Source: Comamonadaceae bacterium (lineage in GTDB: Bacteria; Pseudomonadota; Gammaproteobacteria; Burkholderiales; Burkholderiaceae_C). Taken from it: a stretch of DNA of 53,728 bases. The number at the start of each line of letters is the position of its first letter. The first letter of the stretch is position 1. Below the pieces are notes generated by a model. It saw only the letters and a list, made by a program, of their open reading frames with translations, did no database searches and was not told where the DNA came from. Positions 18,337 through 28,776 of this stretch are shown one piece after another. Position numbers and translations under genes: made by a program. Location of the stretch: positions 1-53,728 of the forward strand of contig CANFMY010000001.1 in assembly GCA_947448375.1 (NCBI GenBank), given 5' to 3'.

Positions 18337-19233
18337 TCAGGAAGTGGCGCTGATGCGCTGTTCGCGCAGGGTGACCCAGCCCGCCAGCAGACCACACCCC
18401 ACAATCAGCAGCATACCCGTCAGGGCCAGCGTATTCGGTACGTGGGAGAACACCAGCCAGCCACCCAGGGTGGCAAAGGCGATACCGCTGTAGAGAAAAG
18501 GCGTGACGCGCGACGCCGGTGAGCGGGCAAAGGCCAGGATCAGCAGGTAATGCCCCAGCGTGCCTGCCACGCCCAGCACGACCAGCATGCTCCACTGCGC
18601 CAGGCGCAGATCGGTGGTCCACCAGCCCAGCACCAGACACGACGCGATGGCTGTGCCGATCCACCCCGTGTAAAAGTGCAGCGTCAACGGCTCTTCGGTG
18701 CGCGCCATCACGCTGGTGAGCACCTGAAAGCTCGCGTAGAAGGCCACCATCAAGAGCGGGAGCCAGGCCGTCTCCAGCGACATTTGCGCGCCCGGTTGCA
18801 CGATCAGCAAGGCGCCCACCATGCCGCCCAGAATCAAGGCCCAGCGCAGCGCCGAGACGCGTTCGTGCAGGAAATAGCGGGCCAGGACGGTCACGGCCAG
18901 CGGCGTCAGCATGCCGACGGCGGTGAACTCGGCCACGGGCATGTGCTGCAAGTTGACAAAGGCCAGCAGACTGCACAAAAACAGCAGCACCCCGCGCAAC
19001 ACGTGTCGCCAGGGCTGTCGGGTATGGAACAAGGACCAGCCACGGCGCGGCAACACCGCCACGGTGGTGGCCACGGCCTGAAACATGTAGCGAAACCACA
19101 GGGCCATCAAGAGCGGCATGCCGGCCACCAGCACCTTGTTGGTGACGTCCATGACGGCAAAGCACGCCATCGCCAGGACGGCAAAGACAACGCCCGAACC
19201 CAGCGCGGCGGACCGGCCCGAGACCTCGGTCAT
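18337..19233 (-). CDS. DMT/EamA family transporter
   Basis: About 10 TM segments, LWFRY, FLHERV, APASRV-like SPASRVTPFLY. ATG 19233 overlaps the PHP gene stop. Confidence 0.88.
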   Translation of the reverse strand: MTEVSGRSAALGSGVVFAVLAMACFAVMDVTNKVLVAGMPLLMALWFRYMFQAVATTVAVLPRRGWSLFHTRQPWRHVLRGVLLFLCSLLAFVNLQHMPVAEFTAVGMLTPLAVTVLARYFLHERVSALRWALILGGMVGALLIVQPGAQMSLETAWLPLLMVAFYASFQVLTSVMARTEEPLTLHFYTGWIGTAIASCLVLGWWTTDLRLAQWSMLVVLGVAGTLGHYLLILAFARSPASRVTPFLYSGIAFATLGGWLVFSHVPNTLALTGMLLIVGCGLLAGWVTLREQRISATS

Positions 19234-20081
19234 TGGATGCGGTCGGTCAGCAATTCCCACACAGGCTGCAGATCGCCCGGCAGCCAGGGCAGTTGGCCCA
19301 GGTCGGTGTGGCTTTCATCCGGGCTGTGGAAGTCGCTGCCCCGCGAGGCGGCCAGCTGAAACTCGCGAGCCATGTCGGCATAGGTGACGGCGTCGGCGCT
19401 GGAGTGGCTGCCGGTGACGACCTCCACGCCCCGGCCGCCGTGGGCCTTGAATTCGGTGAAGAGCGCGTACTCTTCGTTGGCAGTGAAGCCGTAGCGTGCC
19501 GGGTGGGCGATGACGGCCACGCCGCCCGCCTCGGTGATCCAGCGCACCGCGCTGGACAGCGTGGCCCAGCGATGCGGCACAAAACCGGGTTTGCCTTCGG
19601 TGAGGTACTTGCGAAAGACCTCGGAGGTGTCCTTGCACACGCCCGTTTCCACCAGGAAGCGGGCAAAGTGCGTGCGTGAAATCAGTTCCGGGTTGCCGGC
19701 GTATTTCAAGGCACCGTCGAAGCTGCCCCGAATGCCCACGGCCGCGAGTTGGTCGGCCATTTCTTGCGCCCGCACGTCACGCCCGCCGCGTGTGGACCGC
19801 AGTCCCTGCACGAGTTGGGGGTTGTCCGCGTCAAAGCCCAGTCCGACGATGTGGACCGTCTTGTTGGCAAAGGTGACGGAAATTTCGGTGCCGGTGAGGT
19901 AGGGCAGAGACAAGGCGCGTGCTGCCGCAGCGGCCCGGTGCTGTCCGCCCACTTCGTCGTGGTCGGTGAGGGCCCACAGTTCCACCTCCCGGTCTTTTGC
20001 GCGCTGGGCCAGGACTTCGGGGGTGAGCGTTCCGTCGGAGACGACGGAGTGGCAGTGCAGGTCAGCGTTGAGGATGGACAC
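19230..20081 (-). CDS. PHP-domain 3',5'-nucleoside bisphosphate phosphatase (TrpH/YciV family)
   Basis: DLHCHSVVSDG, LTDHD, GTEIS, HIVG, RTH, AHP, GSDFH. Probable GTG start at 20081. Confidence 0.92.
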   Translation of the reverse strand: MSILNADLHCHSVVSDGTLTPEVLAQRAKDREVELWALTDHDEVGGQHRAAAAARALSLPYLTGTEISVTFANKTVHIVGLGFDADNPQLVQGLRSTRGGRDVRAQEMADQLAAVGIRGSFDGALKYAGNPELISRTHFARFLVETGVCKDTSEVFRKYLTEGKPGFVPHRWATLSSAVRWITEAGGVAVIAHPARYGFTANEEYALFTEFKAHGGRGVEVVTGSHSSADAVTYADMAREFQLAASRGSDFHSPDESHTDLGQLPWLPGDLQPVWELLTDRIQ

Positions 20082-20101
20082 GGGGCCGATTTTACGGTCT
20101 G

Positions 20102-21820
20102 TCAGGGGTTTGCGCTGGCTTCGCCCTCGATCACCAGGCGCACGCGTCGAGCACCTTGCCACTCGTCGACCTCGAGTCGGTACGCCAGCGTGGCTTGGGC
20201 GGGCAAGGGCTCGCTGCGACCGAACCAGATGCCATCCACGGCCTGTCCCTGGTGGCGCAAGCGCAGCGACAAGTGCCGCTCGCCCACCACGCGCTGGCCC
20301 ACCACCTCCAGCGTGTCGCAAAACGTCGGTGCGCCAAAACCCTGACCCCAGACCTCTTGTTGCAACAACTCGGCGACGTCGGCACGTCGATGTTCGGCAG
20401 GCAAGGGTCCATCCACTTCCAGGCAGCGCGTGAGTTGCGAGGGGGTGAGCCACTCGGTGGCAATCGCTTGCAGACCTTGCACGAAGTCGTCAAACCGATC
20501 GGGCGCGATCGAGCAACCGGCCGCCATGGCGTGTCCACCAAACTGCAGCAACACGCCCGGGTGGCGTTTGCTCAGCAAGTCCAGTGCATCGCGCAAATGA
20601 AAGCCGGCGATGGAGCGGCCCGACCCCTTGAGCACCGGGCCATGCTGGGCCGACGCGCTGCGCGCGAACACAAAACTCGGTCGGTGGTGCTGGTCCTTCA
20701 GGCGTGAGGCCACGATGCCCACCACGCCTTCATGAAACTCGGGGTTGAAGACACACAGCGCCGATGGCGGTGTGCCATCAGACAGCAGCAGCGCATCGGC
20801 GCGCGCCAGGGCCTGCTCACGCATGCCGATTTCGAGTTCGCGTCGCTCGCGGTTGATGCGGTCCAGGGCCTGCGCCAACTCGAGCGCACGAGCGGGGTCA
20901 TCGGTGAGCAGACACTCAATGCCCAGGGTCATGTCGCAGAGGCGGCCCGCCGCGTTGAGACGTGGCCCCACGGCAAAGCCGAAATCCTGGCTGCTGGCCC
21001 GGCGACTGTCTCGCCCCGCCACCTCGAACAGCGCTGCCATGCCGGCCGGGAGTTGTCCCTTGCGCACCCGCGCCAACCCCTGGGCCACCAGTCGGCGGTT
21101 GTTGGCGTCGAGTCGGACCACATCGGCCACGGTGCCCAGGGCCACCAGCGGCAGCAGCGTGTCCAGACGCGGCTCTTGTCCCGCCACGAGGTGGCCGCGT
21201 TGGCGCTGCTCGGCGCGCAGCGCCATCAGCACATAAAACATCACCCCCACGCCGGCCAGGTGCTTGCTGGCAAAGGGGCAGCCCGGCTGGTTGGGGTTGA
21301 CGATCACGTCGGCGCCCGGCAACTCGGGCCCGGGCAGGTGGTGGTCCGTCACCAACACTTGCAGGCCCAGCGCCTGCGCGCGCGCCACGCCTTCCAGGCT
21401 GGCGATGCCGTTGTCCACGGTGATCAGCACATGCGCACCCAGCGCATGCACCCGTTCGGCAATCGGGGGGGTGAGGCCGTAGCCATCGACCTGTCGATCG
21501 GGCACCACAAAGCTCACCTGCGTGGCGCCCAGGAGCCGCAAGCCGCGCACGCCCACCGCACAGGCCGTGGCGCCATCGCAGTCGTAATCGGCGACGATAC
21601 ACAGGTGGTGGTGGTGCTCGATGGCGTCGGCCAGCAGGCGAGCGGCTTGTGCGGCACCCTCAAGCGTGGGGGGGGGCAGCAGACGTTGCAGTTGCGTGTC
21701 GAGTTCCTCGGGGCCCTTCACGCCGCGCGCCGCAAAGAGTTGCGCGAGCAGGGGATGCACCCCGGCCTGTTCCAGCGCCCACACGCTGCGCGGGGGCGCA
21801 TCACGCGTCAGGCATCGCAC
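20102..21820 (-). CDS. recJ: Single-stranded DNA exonuclease RecJ
   Basis: DYDCDG, GYGL, TVDNG, TDHH, GTVADVV, PRLNAAGR, GSGRS, FGGHAMAAG. GTG start at 21820 with GAGG upstream. Confidence 0.95.
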   Translation of the reverse strand: MRCLTRDAPPRSVWALEQAGVHPLLAQLFAARGVKGPEELDTQLQRLLPPPTLEGAAQAARLLADAIEHHHHLCIVADYDCDGATACAVGVRGLRLLGATQVSFVVPDRQVDGYGLTPPIAERVHALGAHVLITVDNGIASLEGVARAQALGLQVLVTDHHLPGPELPGADVIVNPNQPGCPFASKHLAGVGVMFYVLMALRAEQRQRGHLVAGQEPRLDTLLPLVALGTVADVVRLDANNRRLVAQGLARVRKGQLPAGMAALFEVAGRDSRRASSQDFGFAVGPRLNAAGRLCDMTLGIECLLTDDPARALELAQALDRINRERRELEIGMREQALARADALLLSDGTPPSALCVFNPEFHEGVVGIVASRLKDQHHRPSFVFARSASAQHGPVLKGSGRSIAGFHLRDALDLLSKRHPGVLLQFGGHAMAAGCSIAPDRFDDFVQGLQAIATEWLTPSQLTRCLEVDGPLPAEHRRADVAELLQQEVWGQGFGAPTFCDTLEVVGQRVVGERHLSLRLRHQGQAVDGIWFGRSEPLPAQATLAYRLEVDEWQGARRVRLVIEGEASANP

Positions 21821-22791
21821 GACAGCACCTCGGTCAGTTGGGGCGGGCGCACCATGCGCTGCAGCTTGTGCCAGACAGTCGGTGGCTGATGAACCCACCA
21901 GCGGGCCTGTCGTTGACCACACCAGGCGATGCGCGCGCCAGGGGGCGTGAGCAACTCAGGCAACACCTCGGCGTCCAGTCGCTCCCAGGCGCGGGCCCAT
22001 CCGGCGGCATCGCGCAACAGCCAGGGCTCTCGCAAATCCTCCAGCAAGACGGCCGATGCAGCACCCGGTGGTGGCGCAGGGCAGTCACCGCCCAAGGGGC
22101 CGCAGCCCTCGACCCAGATCGAATTGATGGCGGTGCGCCGCGCGTCGTTGACCGGGTGCTGGTAGAGCAGCATCTGCATTTCGTTTTGCAGGCGACGCAG
22201 CGTGCGGACGGCCGGGGGCAACTCGGGCAGGTGGGCTCCCAACAACCAGGGTTCGATGGGCAAGCCCATGACGCGTGCAGCGCTGGCGCTCGCCAATCCG
22301 TCAAAGAGCGCCGAGTGCGCCAGCCAGCGTCCGGGCTCGTGGGGGTGCAGGGTGATGCCGTCTTCCTCGAAATACGGGCGCATCGAGGCCCGCAAGGCGT
22401 CGGACTCTTGCTGCGTGATGGGGCCCGGATCGAGCAGGGTGAATTGGCCATTGCCGACCTGCCAATGGCACAGGCTGATGAAAGCCCAGGCGTGGTGGGA
22501 TGGGGGCGTGAGGGCGCTGTCGGGGATGCGTGCAGCGTGCGAGCGCTGTGCCGCCAGCGCTGCCCAGGGCCAGGTGCCCTGCGGTGAGGTCCAGCCCAGC
22601 GTTTCAGCCCGGGCGCACTCCTCGGGCAAGGCCAGACCCGCTGCGGCCGCGGTCAGCGTGTGCTGCGCCACGCTGTCTTGCAGCCACCGGCGCACGCAGG
22701 GCAGCGGCAAGGCTGCCAAGGCGGCCAGCATCTCGGGGCTGTCCGCAGGTGGCAGGGCGTGGGAGAGGATGACGGTGGGGGCGGCGATCAC
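21808..22791 (-). CDS. Conserved protein upstream of recJ (often annotated phosphoglycerate-mutase-like)
   Basis: LCHWQVG, YFEEDG, LRRLQNEMQMLLYQHPVNDAR...NSIWVEG. Overlaps the recJ start. Confidence 0.72.
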   Translation of the reverse strand: MIAAPTVILSHALPPADSPEMLAALAALPLPCVRRWLQDSVAQHTLTAAAAGLALPEECARAETLGWTSPQGTWPWAALAAQRSHAARIPDSALTPPSHHAWAFISLCHWQVGNGQFTLLDPGPITQQESDALRASMRPYFEEDGITLHPHEPGRWLAHSALFDGLASASAARVMGLPIEPWLLGAHLPELPPAVRTLRRLQNEMQMLLYQHPVNDARRTAINSIWVEGCGPLGGDCPAPPPGAASAVLLEDLREPWLLRDAAGWARAWERLDAEVLPELLTPPGARIAWCGQRQARWWVHQPPTVWHKLQRMVRPPQLTEVLSCDA

Positions 22792-22833
22792 AGAGGGGCA
22801 TTGTCCTTGATGCCACAATCAACCCCCAAGACC

Positions 22834-24099
22834 ATGTCCAATACCCGCATTCCCTACGAGCTTGTGCTGGGCTGGCGCTACACCCGCGCCGGTCGTGCCT
22901 CACGCCGCAACGGCTTCATTTCCTTCATCTCCGGGGTGTCCATGCTGGGCATCAGCCTGGGGGTCGCCGCGCTCATCATCGTGCTGAGTGTGATGAACGG
23001 GTTTCAAAAAGAGGTGCGCGAACGCATGCTGTCCGTGCTGTCCCACGCCGAGGTGGTGGCGCGCGACGGCGGCGCCTTGTGGGACACCGAGGCCTTGAGC
23101 CAGCGTCTGAGCCGGCACCCCGAGGTGGTGGCGGTGGCGCCATATGTCTCGGCCCAGGCCCTGCTCGCGCGGGGTGAGGACATGCGCGGGGTGGTGGTGC
23201 GCGGCATCGACCCACGGCTAGAGCGTGGCGTGGCAGATTACGCTGCGCTGCTGCCGCCCGCGTTGCAGTCAGCGTGGGAGCCCGGCGGATTTGGCGTGGT
23301 GCTGGGGGTGGAGATTGCGCACCAGATGGGCGTGCGCGTGGGCGACCGGGTGACCCTGGTGGCCCCGGGCGGGCAGGTCACACCGGCCGGCGTGCTGCCG
23401 CGGTTGAAACAACTCGAGGTGCTGGGGTTGATCGACACCGGCCATTACGAATTTGACGCCACACTGGCCGTCATGCAGATCGATGACGCACAACGGTTGT
23501 TGCGACTGGAAGGCCCCAATGGCTTGCGCCTCAAACTGCGCGACGCGCAGCAAGCCCGTGTGGTGGCGAGCGAACTCTCTTTGCAGGTCGACCCGCTGCT
23601 CATGGTGCGCGACTGGACGCGTCAAAACCGCAACTGGTTTGCCGCGGTGCAAATTGAAAAACGCATGATGTTCATCATCCTGACCTTGATCGTGGCGGTG
23701 GCTGCCTTCAACCTGGTCAGCACCCTGGTGATGACGGTGACGGACAAGCAGTCGGACATTGCCATCTTGCGCACCTTGGGGGCCTCGCCGGGTTCCATCA
23801 TGGGCGTGTTCATGGTGCAGGGTGCGCTGGTGGGGGTGGTGGGCACCCTGAGCGGCCTGTTGCTGGGCCTCGTGGTGGCGTTCAACATCGACGTCATCGT
23901 GCCGGCTATCGAGCAGGCGCTGGGTCTGCGGTTTTTGCCGCAGGACATCTACCTCATCAGCCGCATGCCGAGTGACCCGCAGCTGGCCGATATCGGGCCG
24001 GTGGTGGTGTTGTCGCTGTTGCTGGCGTTGCTGGCCACGCTCTACCCCAGCTGGCGTGCCAGCCGGGTGCAACCGGCGGAGGCGCTGCGTTATGAATGA
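22834..24099 (+). CDS. lolC: Lipoprotein-releasing ABC transporter permease (LolC/E family)
   Basis: [52 protein letters not shown]...PAEALRYE. Confidence 0.92.
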   Translation: MSNTRIPYELVLGWRYTRAGRASRRNGFISFISGVSMLGISLGVAALIIVLSVMNGFQKEVRERMLSVLSHAEVVARDGGALWDTEALSQRLSRHPEVVAVAPYVSAQALLARGEDMRGVVVRGIDPRLERGVADYAALLPPALQSAWEPGGFGVVLGVEIAHQMGVRVGDRVTLVAPGGQVTPAGVLPRLKQLEVLGLIDTGHYEFDATLAVMQIDDAQRLLRLEGPNGLRLKLRDAQQARVVASELSLQVDPLLMVRDWTRQNRNWFAAVQIEKRMMFIILTLIVAVAAFNLVSTLVMTVTDKQSDIAILRTLGASPGSIMGVFMVQGALVGVVGTLSGLLLGLVVAFNIDVIVPAIEQALGLRFLPQDIYLISRMPSDPQLADIGPVVVLSLLLALLATLYPSWRASRVQPAEALRYE

Positions 24100-24769
24100 G
24101 CTCGTGCTGCAGGCCTCGGGGGTGGGGCGTCGTTTTCAGGAAGGCGAGCTCGATGTGCAGGTGCTGGCCGGGGTGGACTTGCAGGTGCACGCCGGCGAAA
24201 CCGTGGCCATCGTCGGCGCGTCGGGCTCCGGCAAGAGCACCTTGCTGCACCTGCTGGGGGGGCTGGACCAACCCAGCCACGGGTGCATCGAATTGATGGG
24301 GCGGCCGCTGGCGGGCTTGTCGCCGGCAGCGTTGGGCAAGTTGCGCAACCAGCATCTGGGTTTTGTGTACCAGTTTCATCACCTGCTGCCCGAGTTCTCG
24401 GCGCGCGACAACGTGGCCATGCCGCTGTGGATTCGGCGCGGGGATCGCGCCCAGGCCGGCGAGCAAGCCGATGCCCTGCTGGCGGCCGTGGGCCTGGCCG
24501 AGCGCGCCGGTCACCGACCCTCGGAACTCTCGGGGGGTGAGCGTCAGCGCGTGGCCCTGGCGCGTGCGCTGGTGACGCGTCCTGCGTGCGTGCTGGCCGA
24601 TGAGCCCACGGGCAATCTGGACCGCGCCACCGCCGACCAGGTGTGGGACTTGATGCTGGCCCTGGCGCGCGACCAGGGCACAGCGTTTGTGGTGGTGACA
24701 CACGACGTGCACCTGGCGGCCCGCTGCGAGCGTGTGCTGTCGTTGCAAGCAGGTCGACTGGGTCCCTGA
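24092..24769 (+). CDS. lolD: Lipoprotein-releasing ABC transporter ATP-binding protein LolD
   Basis: GASGSGKST, LolD motif [31 protein letters not shown]. Confidence 0.94.
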   Translation: MNELVLQASGVGRRFQEGELDVQVLAGVDLQVHAGETVAIVGASGSGKSTLLHLLGGLDQPSHGCIELMGRPLAGLSPAALGKLRNQHLGFVYQFHHLLPEFSARDNVAMPLWIRRGDRAQAGEQADALLAAVGLAERAGHRPSELSGGERQRVALARALVTRPACVLADEPTGNLDRATADQVWDLMLALARDQGTAFVVVTHDVHLAARCERVLSLQAGRLGP

Positions 24770-24796
24770 GGCGCGCGCCGATCTGGCCGACCCAAG

Positions 24797-25624
24797 ATGT
24801 GGATCGACACCCATTGCCATCTGGATGCCGCGGAGTTTGCCGCCGACCGTGACGCGGTGCGAGCGCAGGCGCGCGCCGCAGGCGTGGGCCTGTGCGTGTA
24901 CCCGGCGGTGGATGTGAACACGCTGGAGGCCGTGCGCACGCTGGCCCATCGCCATGCGGATGTGTATGCCCTGGGCATTCACCCGCTCTACACCCCGCAG
25001 GCCGCCGAGACGGACCTGGAGGTGCTGGCAGCGGCGGTGCAAGCGCACCGTGCGGACCCGCGCCTGGTGGCCGTGGGCGAGATTGGCCTGGATGGTTTTG
25101 TGCCGGGGCTGGACCTGGCGCGCCAGGTGCAGATCTTTCGCGCCCAACTGGAACTGGCCCGAGCCCAGGACTTACCGGTCATCCTGCATGTGCGCCGCGC
25201 CTCGGAACAGGTGCTGCAACAGTTGCGGCAGGTGCGGGTGCGCGGGGGCATCGCGCACGCCTTCAACGGCAGCGCCCAACAGGCCCGGGCTTTCATCGAC
25301 CTGGGCTTTGCACTGGGCTTTGGCGGCGCGCTCACCTACGAGCGCGCCACGCGCCTGCGCGAACTGGCCCGTGCGCTGCCGCTGGAGGCGCTGGTGCTGG
25401 AAACGGATGCCCCCGATATTCCCCCGCAGTGGCTCTACACCCCGGCCGCCGCCCGCGCTGAGGGTCAGGCGCAAGGGCGCAACAGCCCGGCCGAGTTACC
25501 GCGCATCGGCACGCTGCTGGCGACACTGCGGGCGCTGGACCCCCAGACGCTGGCACAGCAAACCACCGCCAATGCACGCCGCGTCCTGGGCTTGAAGGCA
25601 CCCGGCATACCCCCGCTCGCGTGA
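24797..25624 (+). CDS. TatD family hydrolase/DNase
   Basis: IDTHCHLD, GIHP, VGEIGLD, LH, HAFNGS, LETDAP. Confidence 0.93.
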   Translation: MWIDTHCHLDAAEFAADRDAVRAQARAAGVGLCVYPAVDVNTLEAVRTLAHRHADVYALGIHPLYTPQAAETDLEVLAAAVQAHRADPRLVAVGEIGLDGFVPGLDLARQVQIFRAQLELARAQDLPVILHVRRASEQVLQQLRQVRVRGGIAHAFNGSAQQARAFIDLGFALGFGGALTYERATRLRELARALPLEALVLETDAPDIPPQWLYTPAAARAEGQAQGRNSPAELPRIGTLLATLRALDPQTLAQQTTANARRVLGLKAPGIPPLA

Positions 25625-25676
25625 AAATGCGGGGACACCCCTTGTTCCATCTGACTCCACACACAACCCGCACGCC

Positions 25677-26426
25677 ATGACCCGCCGCCCCCCCTTGCCT
25701 GAAGTGAATTTTTCCGATCATGGCGACGTGCGCTACCTGCACCTGGGCACCCCGTGGGTGCAGGGCTCGATGATGATCGACCAGCCCTACGACATCCACC
25801 TCGACTACGTGCAGCGCATGATGGCCTGGTTGCTGTTTGTGCCGCTGGAGCGGGTGGCGTCCCTGCAGGCCATGCAACTGGGCCTGGGGGCGGCGTCTCT
25901 CACCAAGTTCTGCTGGAAACATCTGCGCATGAAGACCACCGCGATTGAACTCAATCCGCAGGTGGTGGCGGCGTGTCGTCTGTGGTTCAAGCTGCCACCG
26001 GATTCTTCTCGCCTGTCGGTGGTGCTGGGGGACGCTGCCGAGGTGGCGTCGCATGACCACTGGCGCGGCCAGATCGATGCCCTGCAAGTGGACCTGTACG
26101 ACCACGAAGCGGCAGCGCCGGTGCTCGACAGCGCTGACTTCTACGCCGATTGCCGACAGTTGCTGAGCGAGCACGGCGTGATGACGGTGAACCTCTTTGG
26201 ACGCTCCAACCGTTACCCGGAAAGCCTGGACAAGATCGTCTCGGCCTTCGGGGCCGAGGCGGTCTGGGTGTTCAAGCCCACGCGCGAGGGCAACACCGTG
26301 GTGCTGGCCTTGCGCACACCGCTGGTCCCCAAGCGAGGCGCGTTGGCGGCGCAGGCCGAAGCGATCCAGGCCCGCTGGCCCCTGCCGGCCACGCGCTGGG
26401 TGCGGGTGCTCAAACCTGTCGCGTAG
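25677..26426 (+). CDS. Spermidine synthase-like SAM-binding protein
   Basis: VRYLHL...WVQG, QLGLGAASL, IELNPQV, VDLYD, FYADC...GVMTVN. Confidence 0.8.
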   Translation: MTRRPPLPEVNFSDHGDVRYLHLGTPWVQGSMMIDQPYDIHLDYVQRMMAWLLFVPLERVASLQAMQLGLGAASLTKFCWKHLRMKTTAIELNPQVVAACRLWFKLPPDSSRLSVVLGDAAEVASHDHWRGQIDALQVDLYDHEAAAPVLDSADFYADCRQLLSEHGVMTVNLFGRSNRYPESLDKIVSAFGAEAVWVFKPTREGNTVVLALRTPLVPKRGALAAQAEAIQARWPLPATRWVRVLKPVA

Positions 26427-26576
26427 GCGTCAACAAAGGGGGGCGAAAGGGCCGCCGCGGGGCAGTTATCCCCCGTGGAGCCTGGGTTTGCGCGGGGGCA
26501 TAGGTGGAATCCACATGATTTTTTTTCCAGTCCGACCGCACAATCCGCCCATCGAAAATTTTCGAGGAGAACTGTT

Positions 26577-27065
26577 GTGAGCATTAAAAGTCAAAAAGAC
26601 TTTTTCTCGGGACTGATGTTCCTGGTCGTGGGCGCTGCCTTCGCCTGGGGCGCAACGTCCTACTCTGTGGGTACCGGTGCCCGCATGGGGCCGGGGTACT
26701 TTCCCTTGCTGCTGGGTGTCCTGCTGGCCATTCTGGGCAGCGTGGTGATGTTCTATTCCCTGGTGGTGGAAACCCCCTCGGGCGACAAGGTGGGGTCGTT
26801 TGCCTGGCGTCCCATTGGCTACATCCTGGGTTCCAACCTGGCATTTGGCATATTGCTGGGCGGTCTCCCCAGCATCAAGCTGCCGTCGATGGGCCTGATC
26901 GTGGCCATCTACGCGCTGGTGCTGATTGCCAGCAAGGCCGGCGACAGCTACAAGCTGCGCGACGTGCTGATCCTGTCCACCATTCTGGCCGTCGGCAGCT
27001 ACCTCGCGTTCATCGTGCTGCTGAAGCTGCAGATGCCCGTGTGGCCCACTTTCATCGCTGGTTGA
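26577..27065 (+). CDS. tctB: Tripartite tricarboxylate transporter small permease TctB
   Basis: GTG start after GAGGAG, KDFFSG, RMGPGYFP, four TM segments, directly upstream of tctA. Confidence 0.9.
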   Translation: MSIKSQKDFFSGLMFLVVGAAFAWGATSYSVGTGARMGPGYFPLLLGVLLAILGSVVMFYSLVVETPSGDKVGSFAWRPIGYILGSNLAFGILLGGLPSIKLPSMGLIVAIYALVLIASKAGDSYKLRDVLILSTILAVGSYLAFIVLLKLQMPVWPTFIAG

Positions 27066-27078
27066 GGAGCAAGACACC

Positions 27079-28590
27079 ATGGATTTGATCGCAAACCTCA
27101 GCATGGGCTTCGGCGTGGCCTTCACGCCCATCAACCTGCTGTATGCCTTCATCGGCTGTATGTTGGGCACCCTCATTGGCGTGCTGCCGGGCATTGGCCC
27201 TGTGGCCACCATCGCCATGTTGCTGCCCGCCACCTATGCGCTGCCCCCCGTGTCGGCGCTGATCATGCTGGCCGGTATTTACTACGGCGCCCAGTACGGT
27301 GGCTCCACCACCGCCATTCTGGTGAACCTGCCGGGCGAATCGTCCTCGGTGGTGACCACCATTGACGGCTACCAGATGGCCCGCAAGGGCCGTGCGGGTC
27401 CCGCGCTGGCGGCGGCCGGTCTGGGGTCGTTCTTTGCCGGTTCTGTCGGCACCCTGATCCTGGCTGCCTTTGCGCCGCCGCTGACCGAACTGGCTTTCAA
27501 GTTCGGCCCGGCCGAATATTTCTCGCTCATGATTCTGGGCCTGATCGGTGCCGTGGTGCTGGCGTCTGGCTCGCTGATCAAGGCGATCGCCATGATCATC
27601 CTGGGTCTGTTGATGGGTCTCATCGGCACCGACGTGAACTCGGGTGTGGCGCGCTTCAGCTTCGACATTCCCGAACTGACCGACGGCGTGGGCTTCGTGA
27701 CCATCGCCATGGGTGTGTTCGGTTATGGCGAGATCATCAGCAACCTGTCTCGCCCCGAGGACGAGCGCGAGGTGTTCACCGCCAAGGTGCAGGGCCTGTT
27801 CCCCACCCTGGAGGACTTCAAGAACATGATCCCGGCCGTGCTGCGAGGCACCACCCTGGGTAGCCTGCTGGGCGTGTTGCCGGGCGGCGGTGCCTTGCTG
27901 GCAGCCTTTGCGGCCTACACCATCGAGAAGAAAACCAAGCTCAAGCCTGGTGAGGTGCCCTTTGGACAAGGCAACATCCGTGGCGTGGCGGCTCCCGAGT
28001 CGGCCAACAACGCCGGTGCGCAAACCTCCTTCATCCCGCTGCTGACGCTGGGCATTCCGCCCAACGCGGTGATGGCGCTGATGGTGGGTGCCATGACCAT
28101 CCACAACATCCAGCCGGGCCCGCAGGTCATGACCAGCAACCCGCAGCTGTTCTGGGGCCTGATTGCCTCGATGTGGATCGGCAACCTGATGCTGGTGATC
28201 CTGAACCTGCCGCTCATCGGCATGTGGATCAAGCTCTTGACCGTGCCTTATCGCTTCCTGTTCCCGTCCATCGTGCTGTTCTGTGCGATTGGCGTGTACT
28301 CGACCAACAACAACACCTTCGACATCTGGATGGTGGCGGCCTTCGGTCTCATTGGCTACCTCTTCCTCAAGCTCGGGTGTGAGCCTGCGCCGTTGCTGCT
28401 GGGCTTCATCCTGGGCCCGATGATGGAAGAGAACCTGCGTCGTGCGCTGCTGCTCTCGCGCGGTGACTGGTCGGTGTTTGTCACCCGTCCGTTGTCGGGG
28501 GGGCTGCTGGCCGCTGCCCTGTTGTTGCTCATCATCGTGCTCTTGCCATCGGTGAAGTCCAAACGAGAGGAAGCGTTCGTCGAAGAGTGA
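27079..28590 (+). CDS. tctA: Tripartite tricarboxylate transporter large permease TctA
   Basis: GVLPGIG, YYGAQYGG, PGE, DGYQM, GPAEYF, APESANNA, LTLGIP. Confidence 0.95.
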   Translation: MDLIANLSMGFGVAFTPINLLYAFIGCMLGTLIGVLPGIGPVATIAMLLPATYALPPVSALIMLAGIYYGAQYGGSTTAILVNLPGESSSVVTTIDGYQMARKGRAGPALAAAGLGSFFAGSVGTLILAAFAPPLTELAFKFGPAEYFSLMILGLIGAVVLASGSLIKAIAMIILGLLMGLIGTDVNSGVARFSFDIPELTDGVGFVTIAMGVFGYGEIISNLSRPEDEREVFTAKVQGLFPTLEDFKNMIPAVLRGTTLGSLLGVLPGGGALLAAFAAYTIEKKTKLKPGEVPFGQGNIRGVAAPESANNAGAQTSFIPLLTLGIPPNAVMALMVGAMTIHNIQPGPQVMTSNPQLFWGLIASMWIGNLMLVILNLPLIGMWIKLLTVPYRFLFPSIVLFCAIGVYSTNNNTFDIWMVAAFGLIGYLFLKLGCEPAPLLLGFILGPMMEENLRRALLLSRGDWSVFVTRPLSGGLLAAALLLLIIVLLPSVKSKREEAFVEE

Positions 28591-28629
28591 CGACGTTTGA
28601 CAGGGCCGCCCCGGTGGCCCTCGCTCTGC

Positions 28630-28657
28630 AAGCAGACCTCAGGGTCTGCTTTTTTTT
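28630..28657 (+). terminator. Rho-independent terminator after tctA
   Basis: AAGCAGACC-tcag-GGTCTGCTT followed by a T run. A second hairpin AGGGCC/GGCCCT lies at 28602-28621. Confidence 0.85.
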
Positions 28658-28776
28658 GGCGTGGTGATATCACCCACGTTCTGCGCAAGGGCGCGGCTTG
28701 TCCGCAGCAACCCTCTGACCGTGGCACACAGGCGACCCCGCCGCGCCCGAGCGATGCGAGACAATCGCAGCACCGC

